From the NCBI RefSeq assembly GCF_004353825.1, contig NZ_SMNA01000015.1:109710-129709 (forward strand): a stretch of DNA of 20,000 bases. Reading direction: 5' to 3'. The position numbers and the translations under genes are program-made. This DNA is from Occultella glacieicola (GTDB lineage: Bacteria; Actinomycetota; Actinomycetes; Actinomycetales; Beutenbergiaceae). Positions 8,248 through 16,927 of this stretch are shown here, piece by piece; position 1 is the first letter of the stretch; each line of letters begins with the position of its first letter. Below the pieces are notes generated by a model that had not been told where the DNA came from, made no database searches, and worked only from the letters and a program-made list of their open reading frames with translations.

Positions 8248-9831
8248 GTGGTACGCGGAGATGGCCGGCTGTCGCATGAACTCATCCCAGGCGAGAAGGC
8301 CCCGCAGGACGCGTGTGGCGTCTTCGGGGTCTGGGCTCCCGGTGAGGAGGTGGCGAAGCTCACCTACTTCGGGCTCTACGCCCTGCAGCACCGCGGCCAG
8401 GAGTCGGCCGGCATCGCGACCAGCAACGGCGAGCAGATCCTCGTCTACAAGGACATGGGCCTGGTGTCGCAGGTCTTCGACGATATGTCGCTGCGCACCC
8501 TCACCGGCCACATCGCACTCGGCCACACCCGCTACTCGACGACCGGGGCGAGCACCTGGGAGAACGCCCAACCGACCCTCGGCCCGACATCGACGGGCAC
8601 CGTGGCCCTCGGCCACAACGGCAACCTGACGAACACCAGCGAGCTGATCGCCCTCGTCGGGGAGCGGTACGGCCCCGAGGAGCGCAAGAAACTGCTCGAC
8701 GGCGGAGCCTCCGACACCATGGTGCTCACCGCGCTCCTGTCCGGAGATCCCGAGCACACGCTCGAGATGACGGCCATGGAGGTGCTGCCCCGCGTGCGTG
8801 GCGCGTTCTCGCTCGCGTTCATGGACGAGCACGCCCTGTACGCGGCGCGGGACCCGCAGGGCATCCGCCCGCTCGTGCTGGGCCGACTGGAGCGTGGCTG
8901 GGTGGTCGCCTCGGAGACCGCGGCCCTGGACATCGTGGGCGCGTCGTTCGTGCGCGAGGTGGAGCCAGGCGAGCTGATCGCCATCGACGCGGACGGCCTG
9001 CGCACGCAGCGGTTCGCCGAGGCCGCGCCGAAGGGCTGCGTGTTCGAGTACGTGTACCTGGCCCGCCCGGACACCGCGATCGCCGGCAAGTCCGTGAACG
9101 CCGCCCGGGTGGCGATGGGCCGCGCGCTGGCGCGCGAGCACCCCGCGGAGGCGGACCTGGTGATTCCAGTACCGGAGTCCGGGACCCCGGCCGCCATCGG
9201 GTACGCCGCGGAGTCCGGCATCCCGTTCGCGCAGGGGCTCACCAAGAACGCCTACGTCGGGCGCACGTTCATCCAGCCGAGCCAGACGATCCGGCAGCTC
9301 GGCATCCGGCTGAAGCTGAACCCGCTGCGCGAGGTGATCTCCGGCAAGCGACTCGTGGTCGTCGACGACTCGATCGTGCGGGGCAACACCCAGCGCGCGC
9401 TCGTGCGGATGCTTCGCGAGGCGGGGGCCGCCGAGGTGCACGTGCGGATCTCCTCGCCGCCGGTGAAGTGGCCGTGCTTCTACGGCATCGACTTCGCCAC
9501 CCGGGCCGAGCTGATCGCGAACGGGCTCAGCGTCGAGGAGATCGGGCACGGTCTGGGTGCGGACACCCTGGGCTACATCAGCCTCGATGGCATGATCGAG
9601 GCGACGGAGCAGCCCGCGTCGCGGCTCTGTGCGGCCTGTTTCACCGGCAAGTACCCGATCGAGATCGGGGACGGGGCCGCGGTCACGCAACTCCTCGACC
9701 AGGAGGAGCTGCCGATCATGGCGGGGCCCGGTGACCGGCTAGGCGACGAGGCACGGCTGGGCGCGCCCGAGGATGGGCTGAGTTCCCTGACGGTCGCGAC
9801 CGGCGGCGCCGGGGCGCTGATGCACCCGTGA
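8248..9831 (+). CDS. purF: Amidophosphoribosyltransferase
   Basis: Propeptide followed by CGVFG; LQHRGQESAG, GHTRYST, HNGNL; PRPP motif VVVDDSIVRGNT; Fe-S cysteines in GCVFE, PCFYG and CAAC. Confidence 0.98.
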   Translation: MVRGDGRLSHELIPGEKAPQDACGVFGVWAPGEEVAKLTYFGLYALQHRGQESAGIATSNGEQILVYKDMGLVSQVFDDMSLRTLTGHIALGHTRYSTTGASTWENAQPTLGPTSTGTVALGHNGNLTNTSELIALVGERYGPEERKKLLDGGASDTMVLTALLSGDPEHTLEMTAMEVLPRVRGAFSLAFMDEHALYAARDPQGIRPLVLGRLERGWVVASETAALDIVGASFVREVEPGELIAIDADGLRTQRFAEAAPKGCVFEYVYLARPDTAIAGKSVNAARVAMGRALAREHPAEADLVIPVPESGTPAAIGYAAESGIPFAQGLTKNAYVGRTFIQPSQTIRQLGIRLKLNPLREVISGKRLVVVDDSIVRGNTQRALVRMLREAGAAEVHVRISSPPVKWPCFYGIDFATRAELIANGLSVEEIGHGLGADTLGYISLDGMIEATEQPASRLCAACFTGKYPIEIGDGAAVTQLLDQEELPIMAGPGDRLGDEARLGAPEDGLSSLTVATGGAGALMHP

Positions 9832-10952
9832 GCGAACAGCCCGGCCCGGTCACCTACGCGTCCGCCGGTGTGGACACCCACGCCGGGGACAAGGCCGTCG
9901 AACTGATGAAGGATGCCGTGCGGGCCACCCACGGACCGCAGGTCCTCGGTGGCGTCGGCGGGTTCGCCGGGCTGTACGACGCGAGCGCGCTGTTGACGTA
10001 CCGCAAGCCGTTGTTGGCCACGTCCACGGACGGCGTCGGCACCAAGGTGGCGATCGCCCAGGCGATGGATGTGCACGACACCATCGGCTACGACCTCGTC
10101 GGCATGGTGATCGACGACATCGTCGTGGTCGGCGCGAAGCCGCTGTTCATGACCGACTACATCGCCTGCGGGAAGGTGGTCCCGGAGCGGATCGCCGACA
10201 TCGTCCGCGGCATCGCGGGTGCGTGCCAGGTGGCGGGTGCCGCGCTGGTCGGCGGTGAGACCGCCGAGCACCCCGGCCTGCTGGAGCCGGACGAATACGA
10301 CGTGGCCGGCGCCGCCACCGGCGTGGTCGAGGCCGACGCACTGCTCGGCCCGGAGCGGGTCAGGGCCGGGGACGTGCTGATCGCACTGGGCGCCAGCGGG
10401 CTGCACTCCAACGGGTACTCGCTGGTGCGCCGGGTGGTCTCCCTCGCCGGATGGACTCTGGACCGGGACGTGCCGGAGTTCGGGCGCACCCTCGGGGCTG
10501 AGCTGCTCGAACCGACGCGGGTCTACGCGGCCGACTGCCTGGCGCTCGCGGCCGACCCGGCGGTGAGGGTGCACGCGTTCACGCACGTCACCGGTGGGGG
10601 GCTCGCGGCGAACCTGGCCCGGGTCCTCCCGGAGGGTCTGGTCGCGACCGTCGACCGGTCCTCGTGGGTGGTGCCGCCCGTGTTCGACGTGGTGCGCCGG
10701 CTCGGCTCGGTGCCGTGGGCGGACCTGCAGAACACCCTCAACCTCGGGGTGGGCATGGTGGCCGTGGTTGACCCGGCCGGTGTTGACGCCACGCTCACCC
10801 GGTGCCGTGAGCTCGGGCTCCCGGCCTGGGAGCTGGGTACGATCGCGGCGGCGGACACCCTGGCTGCCGACGGCTCGGCCGAGGTGATCTCCGGGACCAA
10901 GGGCGTGCACGGCGGGGGTGTGCGCCTCGTGAACGAGTACCGGACGACCTGA
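9828..10952 (+). CDS. purM: Phosphoribosylformylglycinamidine cyclo-ligase (AIR synthetase)
   Basis: YASAGVD, GGFAG, STDGVGTK, GGETAEHPG, SGLHSNGYSL, HVTGGG. Overlaps purF by 4 bp (GTGA). Confidence 0.98.
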   Translation: MSEQPGPVTYASAGVDTHAGDKAVELMKDAVRATHGPQVLGGVGGFAGLYDASALLTYRKPLLATSTDGVGTKVAIAQAMDVHDTIGYDLVGMVIDDIVVVGAKPLFMTDYIACGKVVPERIADIVRGIAGACQVAGAALVGGETAEHPGLLEPDEYDVAGAATGVVEADALLGPERVRAGDVLIALGASGLHSNGYSLVRRVVSLAGWTLDRDVPEFGRTLGAELLEPTRVYAADCLALAADPAVRVHAFTHVTGGGLAANLARVLPEGLVATVDRSSWVVPPVFDVVRRLGSVPWADLQNTLNLGVGMVAVVDPAGVDATLTRCRELGLPAWELGTIAAADTLAADGSAEVISGTKGVHGGGVRLVNEYRTT

Positions 10953-10958
10953 GTCCCC

Positions 10959-10989
10959 TGCGCAACGCCTGACGGCGCGTCGTTGCGCA
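10959..10989 (+). terminator. Hairpin immediately after purM (possible terminator)
   Basis: TGCGCAACG (10959-10967) / CGTTGCGCA (10981-10989) is a perfect 9-bp inverted repeat. Confidence 0.45.
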
Positions 10990-11016
10990 ACCACCCGACC
11001 CTGCAGATGTGTGGCA

Positions 11017-11059
11017 GCGGTGTGATTCCGACGTACCCGGTGCGTCGGAATCACACCGC
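11017..11059. repeat. Long near-perfect palindrome in the convergent purM/DUF3073 gap (bidirectional terminator or REP-like element)
   Basis: GCGGTGTGATTCCGACG-tacccggtg-CGTCGGAATCACACCGC has perfect 17-bp arms, extendable inward with one G-U. Confidence 0.75.
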
Positions 11060-11223
11060 AACAGGTCGCCACCCACACCACGCCGTCGGGCAGCACCGTG
11101 AGGCAGCCCTCCCATCGTCAGTGCGACGGACCGGCCGACGCCCGCCGCCGGACGGCGGCGCGCCTCGATGGCCCCACCTACGCACGTGCGCCCGGCGGGC
11201 CGGGCCTGCCCCAGTTCAGCGGA

Positions 11224-11415
11224 TCAGTTGCGCCGCGACTGCGGCGACCACTCGTCCTCGTCCTCGGGCGGCGGTACGTCGTACCTGTCCGCGAGGTCGG
11301 TCTGGGTCGGACCGGTCAGTTCGCGCTCGAGCGCGCGATAGTCCGTCTCGGGGCTGTAGTACTTCAGCTGCCGAGCGACCTTGGTCTGCTTCGCCTTTTG
11401 ACGGCCGCGCCCCAT
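11224..11415 (-). CDS. DUF3073-family small protein (63 aa)
   Basis: MGRGRQKAKQTKVARQLKY.SP.TD..ALEREL is the family signature. SD GGAGGGGG lies upstream. The position convergent with purM is typical of actinobacteria. Confidence 0.92.
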   Translation of the reverse strand: MGRGRQKAKQTKVARQLKYYSPETDYRALERELTGPTQTDLADRYDVPPPEDEDEWSPQSRRN

Positions 11416-11632
11416 GGCGTGACCCCCTCCGCATTGGTGCCGGTGCCACACCGTCCGGGGACGTAGTGACGACCGGGAATGGGTTATCTGTCGTGGGTCC
11501 ACCGTACCTTGTCGCGACGGTGATGGGCGAACCCGTTTGTAGGAACGAACGCTCCGGCACCCCTATTCCGCTGACGGAGTAACCGGCGGCCGAGGGGACG
11601 CTTCGTGCGGCCCGAGCGAGCCCGGTCAGGAC

Positions 11633-11941
11633 TCAGCGGCTGCGACGCAGGACCGAGATCCCAACGATCGCTGCCACCACGGTCGCCGCCGCGCCGACGA
11701 TGCCGATCGCCTTCGGGTTACCGGCCTTGACGTCCTCGGCGAACGACTTCGCGTGGTCGGCGGTGCTGCCCGCGAGGTTCTTGGCCTGGTCCGTGAGGTC
11801 GCGCACCTGCCGGCGCGGATCGACCCGGTCGGTCAGCTCATCCACGGTGCGGGTGAGTTCGGCGCGGGTACGCAGCAGGTCCGCCTCGATCTCGGCCGCC
11901 GTGCGCTTACGGGTCTCGGGCTTGTCCTGCTCGGTGCTCAC
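11633..11941 (-). CDS. DUF3618-domain protein with a C-terminal membrane anchor
   Basis: RTAAEIEADLLRTRAELTRTVDELTDRVDPR, then a hydrophobic C-terminus and LRRSR. Overlaps the upstream holin-like gene by 4 bp. Confidence 0.85.
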   Translation of the reverse strand: MSTEQDKPETRKRTAAEIEADLLRTRAELTRTVDELTDRVDPRRQVRDLTDQAKNLAGSTADHAKSFAEDVKAGNPKAIGIVGAAATVVAAIVGISVLRRSR

Positions 11942-12345
11942 GACTTGACCCCCGCCTTGATGGCCTCGATGTCCTTCATCACGTTCTCCTTGGTCTGCGG
12001 CGACGGCGCGTTCTTGAGCGTGGCGCGACCGACCAGCGCGGCGATGGCTGCGATCAGCAGGACCACGCCGGCGACGATCAGTGCCGCCGCCCAGTAGGGC
12101 AGCACCGTGGCGAGCCCGAACATGGCCGCGGTGAGCAACCAGCCGAGACCGAAGAGGGCGAACACCCCGGCCACCGCGAAGAGCGCGCCGGTCATGCCCA
12201 GCGACTTGCCCTTCTCGGCCAGCTGCGCCTGGGCGAGCTGGAGTTCGTCCCTCACGAGGGTCGAGAAGTTGTCGGTGAGTTTGCCGACCAGCTGGCCGAT
12301 CGACGGTTCGTCCGCCTTCGGCGGGGGTGTTCTGCTGTCAACCAC
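11938..12345 (-). CDS. Actinobacterial holin-X / phage holin family (DUF1469-like) membrane protein
   Basis: SIGQLV..LTDNFSTLVRDELQLAQAQL..K, two TM helices (PYWAAALIVAG) and P.P.T..NV..D. SD GAGG upstream. Confidence 0.88.
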   Translation of the reverse strand: MVDSRTPPPKADEPSIGQLVGKLTDNFSTLVRDELQLAQAQLAEKGKSLGMTGALFAVAGVFALFGLGWLLTAAMFGLATVLPYWAAALIVAGVVLLIAAIAALVGRATLKNAPSPQTKENVMKDIEAIKAGVKS

Positions 12346-12453
12346 CGTGACTCACCTCTCCTGGACTCGTCGCGCGTTCCGCGCGGACGTACTGGGTACA
12401 GCCAATCGTGCCAGGAGGCGATCGGCAACACGGTGCGCCGCGCGCCCCGTCCG

Positions 12454-15051
12454 TCACTCCTGTGCGATCGCCTGGAGGACGGGGAGCCGGGAGGCCCGGA
12501 TCGCCGGCCAGAGCGCGGCGATCACGCCCACCACGGCGGACAGGGCCACGATCACGGCGAGCTGGTCCCACGGGACGGCGAGGACGGACAGGCCCTGATC
12601 GGCGAACACCGACCGGACCGCCGCGGCGAGCGCCACCCCGACCACGACGCCGACGACCGTTCCGAAGATGGCGGTCAGCACGGACTCGATCACGATCGTG
12701 GTGGACAGCTGCAGGCGGCCGAGGCCGACGGCGCGGATCAGGCCGATCTCCCGGGTGCGTTCGATCACGGACAGCGCGAGCGTGTTGACGATGCCGAGCA
12801 CCGCGATCACGACCGACAGGGCCAGCAGGGCGTAGATGATCACGAGCGCCTGGTTGACCCGGTCCGCGATCTGGTTGACCAGTTCCTCCTCCGTCAGCGC
12901 CGTCACCGTGACGTACGGCTCGAGGATGGTGTCGAGCTGCTCGCCGAGCTCGTCGGGCGAGACCCCCTCGACGCCGTCGACGGCGACCATCACCACGTTC
13001 GCCGGCGCCGGGCCGAGGAGTTCGGTGAGCTGGTCCTGGCCGATGGTGACATCCGCGTTCAGGGCCTGGGAGTTCGTGATGACACCGACGGTCAGCGTGA
13101 GCTCGGTGACGTCGGTGCGCAGGGTGATCCGGTCACCGAGTTCCCAGCCGTACTCGAGGGCGGCACTCGTGTGCACTGCTGCCTCGCCGTCGGCCAGGGT
13201 GGCCAGGTCCCCGGAGAGGGTCTCGATCTCCAGGGTGGTGCCGAACGCCTCCGGGGGCACTCCGATGACCGTGGTGGAGGTGGGCTCGAGGCCCGGGCCG
13301 CTCAACTGCACCGGGGCGGTGGCCACCGCGTCGGCGCGGGCGACGTCCTCGAGGTCGGCGATGGCGGTGACCGCCTCGGCGGGCACCGCGTTCGTGGCGG
13401 ACATGACCACGAAGTCGGCTCGGTACTCGGACTCCACGATCGCCGTCGTCGACTCGCGGGCGGAGGCGGCCAGCACGGTGCACGCGGCGACCAGGGCCAT
13501 GCCGATCATCAGCGCGCCCGCGGTGCTCGCGGTTCGGCGTGGGTTGCGCATGACATTGCCGCGGGCGAGCCGGCCCAGCGGTTTGATCGCGGCGACGAAC
13601 GGTGCCGCGAGCACTCCGAGGGTGGACCGTGCGATCACCGGGGAGAGGGCGAGCATCCCGACCAGGACCGCGCCGGCGCCGATCCCCAGCCACGGTCCGG
13701 GGCCGAGCCCCCACCAGGGCGTCTCGTCGGTGGCCACGGCCACGGACACGTAGGTGGCGGCGACCCCGATCAGCAGCAGGGCGGCGCCCGCCAGGGCTCG
13801 CCATCGCAGGGACTTCTCGGTGACCGTGACGTCGTCGCGCATGGCCTCGACGGGCGCGGTCAGGGCGGCCCGGCGGGCCGGCACGGCCGCGGCGACGAGG
13901 CTGACCAGGGTGCCGATGCCCAGGCACAGGGCCGCCGTGAACGCGGTGACCGGGGCGTCACCGGTGAGGTTCATGCCGAACCGGGACAGGATCCAGCGGA
14001 TCAGGTCCACCAGGGCCACCCCGCTGATCAGCCCGATCGCGGAGCCGACCAGCCCGACTGCGAACGCCTGGGTGAGCACGACGGCGAAGACCTGTACCGG
14101 GGAGGCGCCGAGCGCGCGGAGCAGTGCGTACTCCCGTTGGCGTTGGCGCACCGACATCGCGAACGTGTTCGTGATGATGAACGCGCCGACGAAGAGCGCG
14201 ATGCTCGCGAAGACCAGCAGGAACGTGCCGATGAACCCGATGATCTCGTTGATGGCCGCGGATGCCTCGGCGCGGACGTCGTCGCCGGTGCGGGCCTCGA
14301 GGTTGTCGTCCGGGTGGTCGGCCAGGACCGTCTCGGTCATGGCGTCCACGAGATCCGTCTGGCTCACACCGTCCTCGCCGTAGACGGCGATCGAGTTCAC
14401 CAGCCCGTCCGGGGCGAACAGATCCGCCGCGACGTCGGCGTCCAGGAACGCCAGGGTGGCCCCGGAGGTCGGGGAGTCGTAGCCGCCCTCGGCGACGACC
14501 GTCACCTCCCGGACCTCGCCGCCGAGCACGACGGTGGTGGTGTCGCCGAGCGCCAGACCGGAGGTCTCCAGGGCGCTGCTCTCCAGGCCGATCTCGTTCG
14601 GGCCCACCGGAACCTCGCCCGCGACCAGGTCGACGGCCGGGTCGTCGGGGTGCAGCGCGAGCGCGAGGCTGGGGGCCTGGCCGTTGATCACGGCGGTGCC
14701 GTCCGCGCCGACGATCACGATCGGGCCCTGGACGTCGGGCAGGGCCTGGGCCACGCCTTCGACGTCGGCGAGCTCGTCCGCCAGCGTGATGTCGATGCCG
14801 TCCCGGGCGCCGCCGAAACCGGCGCTCGGGTCCGGCGGCCCGTCGGGGAGGCCCTCCTCGGTGGTGGAGATGCTGCGCAGGTACGCGTCACCCTGGAGCG
14901 AGCTCTCCACGATCGAGTCGAACGTGTCCGACAGCATGGCCCGCAGGATGAAGGTGCCCGCGACGAACGCGACGCCGAGGACGACGGCGAGCACGGACAG
15001 GGCGAACCTGACCCCGTGCGCACGGATCTCGCGCAGGCTGACCCGTAGCAT
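12454..15051 (-). CDS. ABC transporter permease, MacB/FtsX-like duplicated architecture (865 aa)
   Basis: Two FtsX-type halves (NTFAMSVRQRQREYALLRALGA; NTLALSVIERTREIGLIRAVG), RNPRRTASTA, and multiple TM segments. Confidence 0.93.
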   Translation of the reverse strand: MLRVSLREIRAHGVRFALSVLAVVLGVAFVAGTFILRAMLSDTFDSIVESSLQGDAYLRSISTTEEGLPDGPPDPSAGFGGARDGIDITLADELADVEGVAQALPDVQGPIVIVGADGTAVINGQAPSLALALHPDDPAVDLVAGEVPVGPNEIGLESSALETSGLALGDTTTVVLGGEVREVTVVAEGGYDSPTSGATLAFLDADVAADLFAPDGLVNSIAVYGEDGVSQTDLVDAMTETVLADHPDDNLEARTGDDVRAEASAAINEIIGFIGTFLLVFASIALFVGAFIITNTFAMSVRQRQREYALLRALGASPVQVFAVVLTQAFAVGLVGSAIGLISGVALVDLIRWILSRFGMNLTGDAPVTAFTAALCLGIGTLVSLVAAAVPARRAALTAPVEAMRDDVTVTEKSLRWRALAGAALLLIGVAATYVSVAVATDETPWWGLGPGPWLGIGAGAVLVGMLALSPVIARSTLGVLAAPFVAAIKPLGRLARGNVMRNPRRTASTAGALMIGMALVAACTVLAASARESTTAIVESEYRADFVVMSATNAVPAEAVTAIADLEDVARADAVATAPVQLSGPGLEPTSTTVIGVPPEAFGTTLEIETLSGDLATLADGEAAVHTSAALEYGWELGDRITLRTDVTELTLTVGVITNSQALNADVTIGQDQLTELLGPAPANVVMVAVDGVEGVSPDELGEQLDTILEPYVTVTALTEEELVNQIADRVNQALVIIYALLALSVVIAVLGIVNTLALSVIERTREIGLIRAVGLGRLQLSTTIVIESVLTAIFGTVVGVVVGVALAAAVRSVFADQGLSVLAVPWDQLAVIVALSAVVGVIAALWPAIRASRLPVLQAIAQE

Positions 15052-15842
15052 CAGGAGGCGTCCCGCTCCCGTGCCTCGCCCAGAGCGGCGAGGGCCTCGA
15101 GGATGTCCGCCTCGGCGGGGTCGTGGAGTTCGCCGACCAGGGCGCCGTCGGCGAGGAAGACCACCCGGTGCGCGTAGGAGGCCGAGCGCGGGTCGTGGGT
15201 GACCATCACCACGCTCTGGCCGAGGTCGTCGACGCTGCGGCGCAGGAAGCCGAGGACCTCGCCGGCGGCCCTGGAGTCGAGGTTGCCGGTGGGCTCGTCG
15301 GCGAACACGATCGACGGCTTCGCGACCAGGGCGCGGGCGCAGGCCACGCGTTGCTGCTGCCCGCCGGACAGTTCCGTGGGCCGGTGGGTGAGGCGGTCGC
15401 CGAGACCGAGGGTGTTGATGACGGTGTCGAAGCGCTCGCGGTCCACCGGGGTGCGCGCGATGTCCAGGGGGAGGGTGATGTTCTCGGCCGCGGTCAGCGT
15501 GGGGACCAGGTTGTAGGCCTGGAACACGAACCCGATCCGGGTGCGTCGCAGGGTGGTGAGCTGGCGCTGGGACATCGAGGAGATCACCCGGCCGTCCACC
15601 TCCACCGTGCCGGAGGTGGGCGTGTCCAGGCCGGCCATGCAGTGCATCAGGGTGGACTTGCCCGAGCCGGACGGGCCCATGATCGCGGTCAGCCGGCCTC
15701 GGCCGAGGTCCACGTCGACGCCGCGCAGGGCATGCACGGCCGTGGCACCGGTGCCGTAGACCTTGGTCAGCCCACGGGCGGACGCGATCGGGTCATCAGC
15801 GGGTTCGGGAGAGATGGAGGCGGGAGCGGCGTGTCGGCCCAT
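15051..15842 (-). CDS. ABC transporter ATP-binding protein (LolD/MacB type), about 263 aa
   Basis: Walker A GPSGSGKST, Q-loop GFVFQ, signature LSGGQQQRV, FADEPTGNLD and VTHD. TGATG overlap with the permease. ATG 15842 is preferred over GTG 15881 because it lies 6 nt after AATAAT. Confidence 0.95.
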   Translation of the reverse strand: MGRHAAPASISPEPADDPIASARGLTKVYGTGATAVHALRGVDVDLGRGRLTAIMGPSGSGKSTLMHCMAGLDTPTSGTVEVDGRVISSMSQRQLTTLRRTRIGFVFQAYNLVPTLTAAENITLPLDIARTPVDRERFDTVINTLGLGDRLTHRPTELSGGQQQRVACARALVAKPSIVFADEPTGNLDSRAAGEVLGFLRRSVDDLGQSVVMVTHDPRSASYAHRVVFLADGALVGELHDPAEADILEALAALGEARERDAS

Positions 15843-16010
15843 GGTGCGATTATTCGTGGTCTCCTCGCGCGAGGGGATCACTCACGAGGGGGAGATGCCG
15901 ACGGCGGACTACGACCGGGGGCGCAGCCGCGGGGTCGTCGCGGCGCGTGACCCACCGTGACCAACCGCGCCGCACGCACCCGACGCACGCTCCGCCGTCG
16001 GGCATGAGAA

Positions 16011-16038
16011 ACGCCGCGAACCGAGTGGTTCGCGGCGT
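16011..16038 (-). terminator. Intrinsic terminator of the tRNA operon
   Basis: ACGCCGCGAACC-4nt-GGTTCGCGGCGT is a perfect 12-bp stem, followed by TTCTC on the minus strand, 12 nt downstream of tRNA-Phe. Confidence 0.8.
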
Positions 16039-16050
16039 CTGCTCCGTGAG

Positions 16051-16123
16051 TGGCTCCGACCGGCGTCGATCCGGTGACCTTTCGATTTTCAGTCGAACGC
16101 TCTACCAACTGAGCTACAGAGCC
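16051..16123 (-). tRNA. tRNA-Phe(GAA)
   Basis: GGCTCTGTAGCTCAGTTGGTAGAGCG-TTCGA CTGAAAA TCGAA-AGGTC-ACCGG ATCGACG CCGGT-CGGAGCC-A. CCA is not encoded. Confidence 0.97.
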
Positions 16124-16133
16124 TTGAAACGAA

Positions 16134-16159
16134 CGCCCGGTCATCTGCATGACCGGGCG
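16134..16159. other. Hairpin in the tRNA-Asp/tRNA-Phe spacer
   Basis: CGCCCGGTCAT-ctgc-ATGACCGGGCG is a perfect 11-bp stem, with outer GAAAC/GTTTC pairing. Confidence 0.6.
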
Positions 16160-16168
16160 GATGTTTCG

Positions 16169-16242
16169 CGACCCCGACCGGACTTGAACCGGCGACCTCC
16201 GCCGTGACAGGGCGGCGCTCTAACCAACTGAGCTACGGGGCC
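16169..16242 (-). tRNA. tRNA-Asp(GTC)
   Basis: GGCCCCGTAGCTCAGTTGGTTAGAGCG-CCGCC CTGTCAC GGCGG-AGGTC-GCCGG TTCAAGT CCGGT-CGGGGTC-G. CCA is not encoded. Confidence 0.97.
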
Positions 16243-16284
16243 TCAGGTGAGGCTTGAGTCTACGTGTGATGCAATTGTGGTGCG

Positions 16285-16357
16285 TACCCCCAACGGGATT
16301 CGAACCCGTGCTACCGCCGTGAAAGGGCGGGGTCCTAGGCCGCTAGACGATGGGGGC
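16285..16357 (-). tRNA. tRNA-Glu(TTC)
   Basis: GCCCCCATCGTCTAGCGGCCTAGGACC-CCGCC CTTTCAC GGCGG-TAGC-ACGGG TTCGAAT CCCGT-TGGGGGT-A. CCA is not encoded directly after the discriminator. Confidence 0.97.
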
Positions 16358-16409
16358 CCGGTTGAAGCTGAGCGCCCGTGACGCTGTTTGACGCCCCAAG
16401 ACCTCCGAA

Positions 16410-16439
16410 AGCATACGGTACGCATGGCCCGCGGAGCAA
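16410..16439 (-). promoter_or_regulatory. Sigma-A-type promoter of the tRNA operon
   Basis: The minus strand reads TTGCTC-18 nt-TATGCT, about 50 nt upstream of tRNA-Glu. Confidence 0.65.
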
Positions 16440-16556
16440 AACGCCCGGGGCCACTGTGTGCGAGGTCACGCGGACCCGGTTCCGAGCGGTGTTCGGCCAC
16501 CCCGGACGGCCGTCCGGTGGCCGCGGACCTGCGCCGGTTGCTGGCACACTGAAGCG

Positions 16557-16916
16557 GTGACCGAGATGTCCCGTGAGGAGTTCGAGGAGGCCGTCGCCGA
16601 CGGTCTCGACATGATTCCCGAGGAGCTCGCGCGGCACATCAGCAACGTGGTGATCCTGGTCGAGGACGAGCCGCCCGCGGACGCCGAGGACCCCGACCTG
16701 CTCGGGCTCTACGAGGGCACCCCGCTGACCGAGCGCGGCGAGTGGTGGGCGGCCGGCTCGCTGCCGGACCGGATCACGATCTTCCGGAACCCCACGCTGC
16801 GGTTCTGCGAGTCCACGGACGCGGTGGCCGAAGAGGTCGCGGTCACCGTGATCCACGAGATCGCGCACCACTTCGGCATCGACGACGAGCGGCTGCACGA
16901 GCTCGGCTGGGCCTGA
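16557..16916 (+). CDS. Minimal zincin-like metallopeptidase family protein (119 aa)
   Basis: MSREEFEEAV..LD.IP, LLGLYEGTPLTER, LPDRITIFR.P, and HExxH in TVIHEIAHHFGIDDERLHELGW. Confidence 0.92.
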   Translation: MTEMSREEFEEAVADGLDMIPEELARHISNVVILVEDEPPADAEDPDLLGLYEGTPLTERGEWWAAGSLPDRITIFRNPTLRFCESTDAVAEEVAVTVIHEIAHHFGIDDERLHELGWA

Positions 16917-16927
16917 CGGCCCCCCAG

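Noticed and set aside
11938..12345. Holin-like gene as evidence of a prophage
   Set aside because: The holin-X/DUF3618 pair is a common chromosomal actinobacterial module, and there is no endolysin, integrase or structural gene nearby.
12433..15048. 871-aa plus-strand ORF, and other long overlapping ORFs such as 5996-7756, 7906-9690, 9573-11096, 16742-18001 and 18524-19738
   Set aside because: These are antisense or off-frame shadows of well-supported genes in very GC-rich DNA.
15950..16357. tRNA cluster as an integration site for a genomic island
   Set aside because: I saw no integrase, no duplicated tRNA 3' end and no obvious compositional shift. The terminator directly follows tRNA-Phe.
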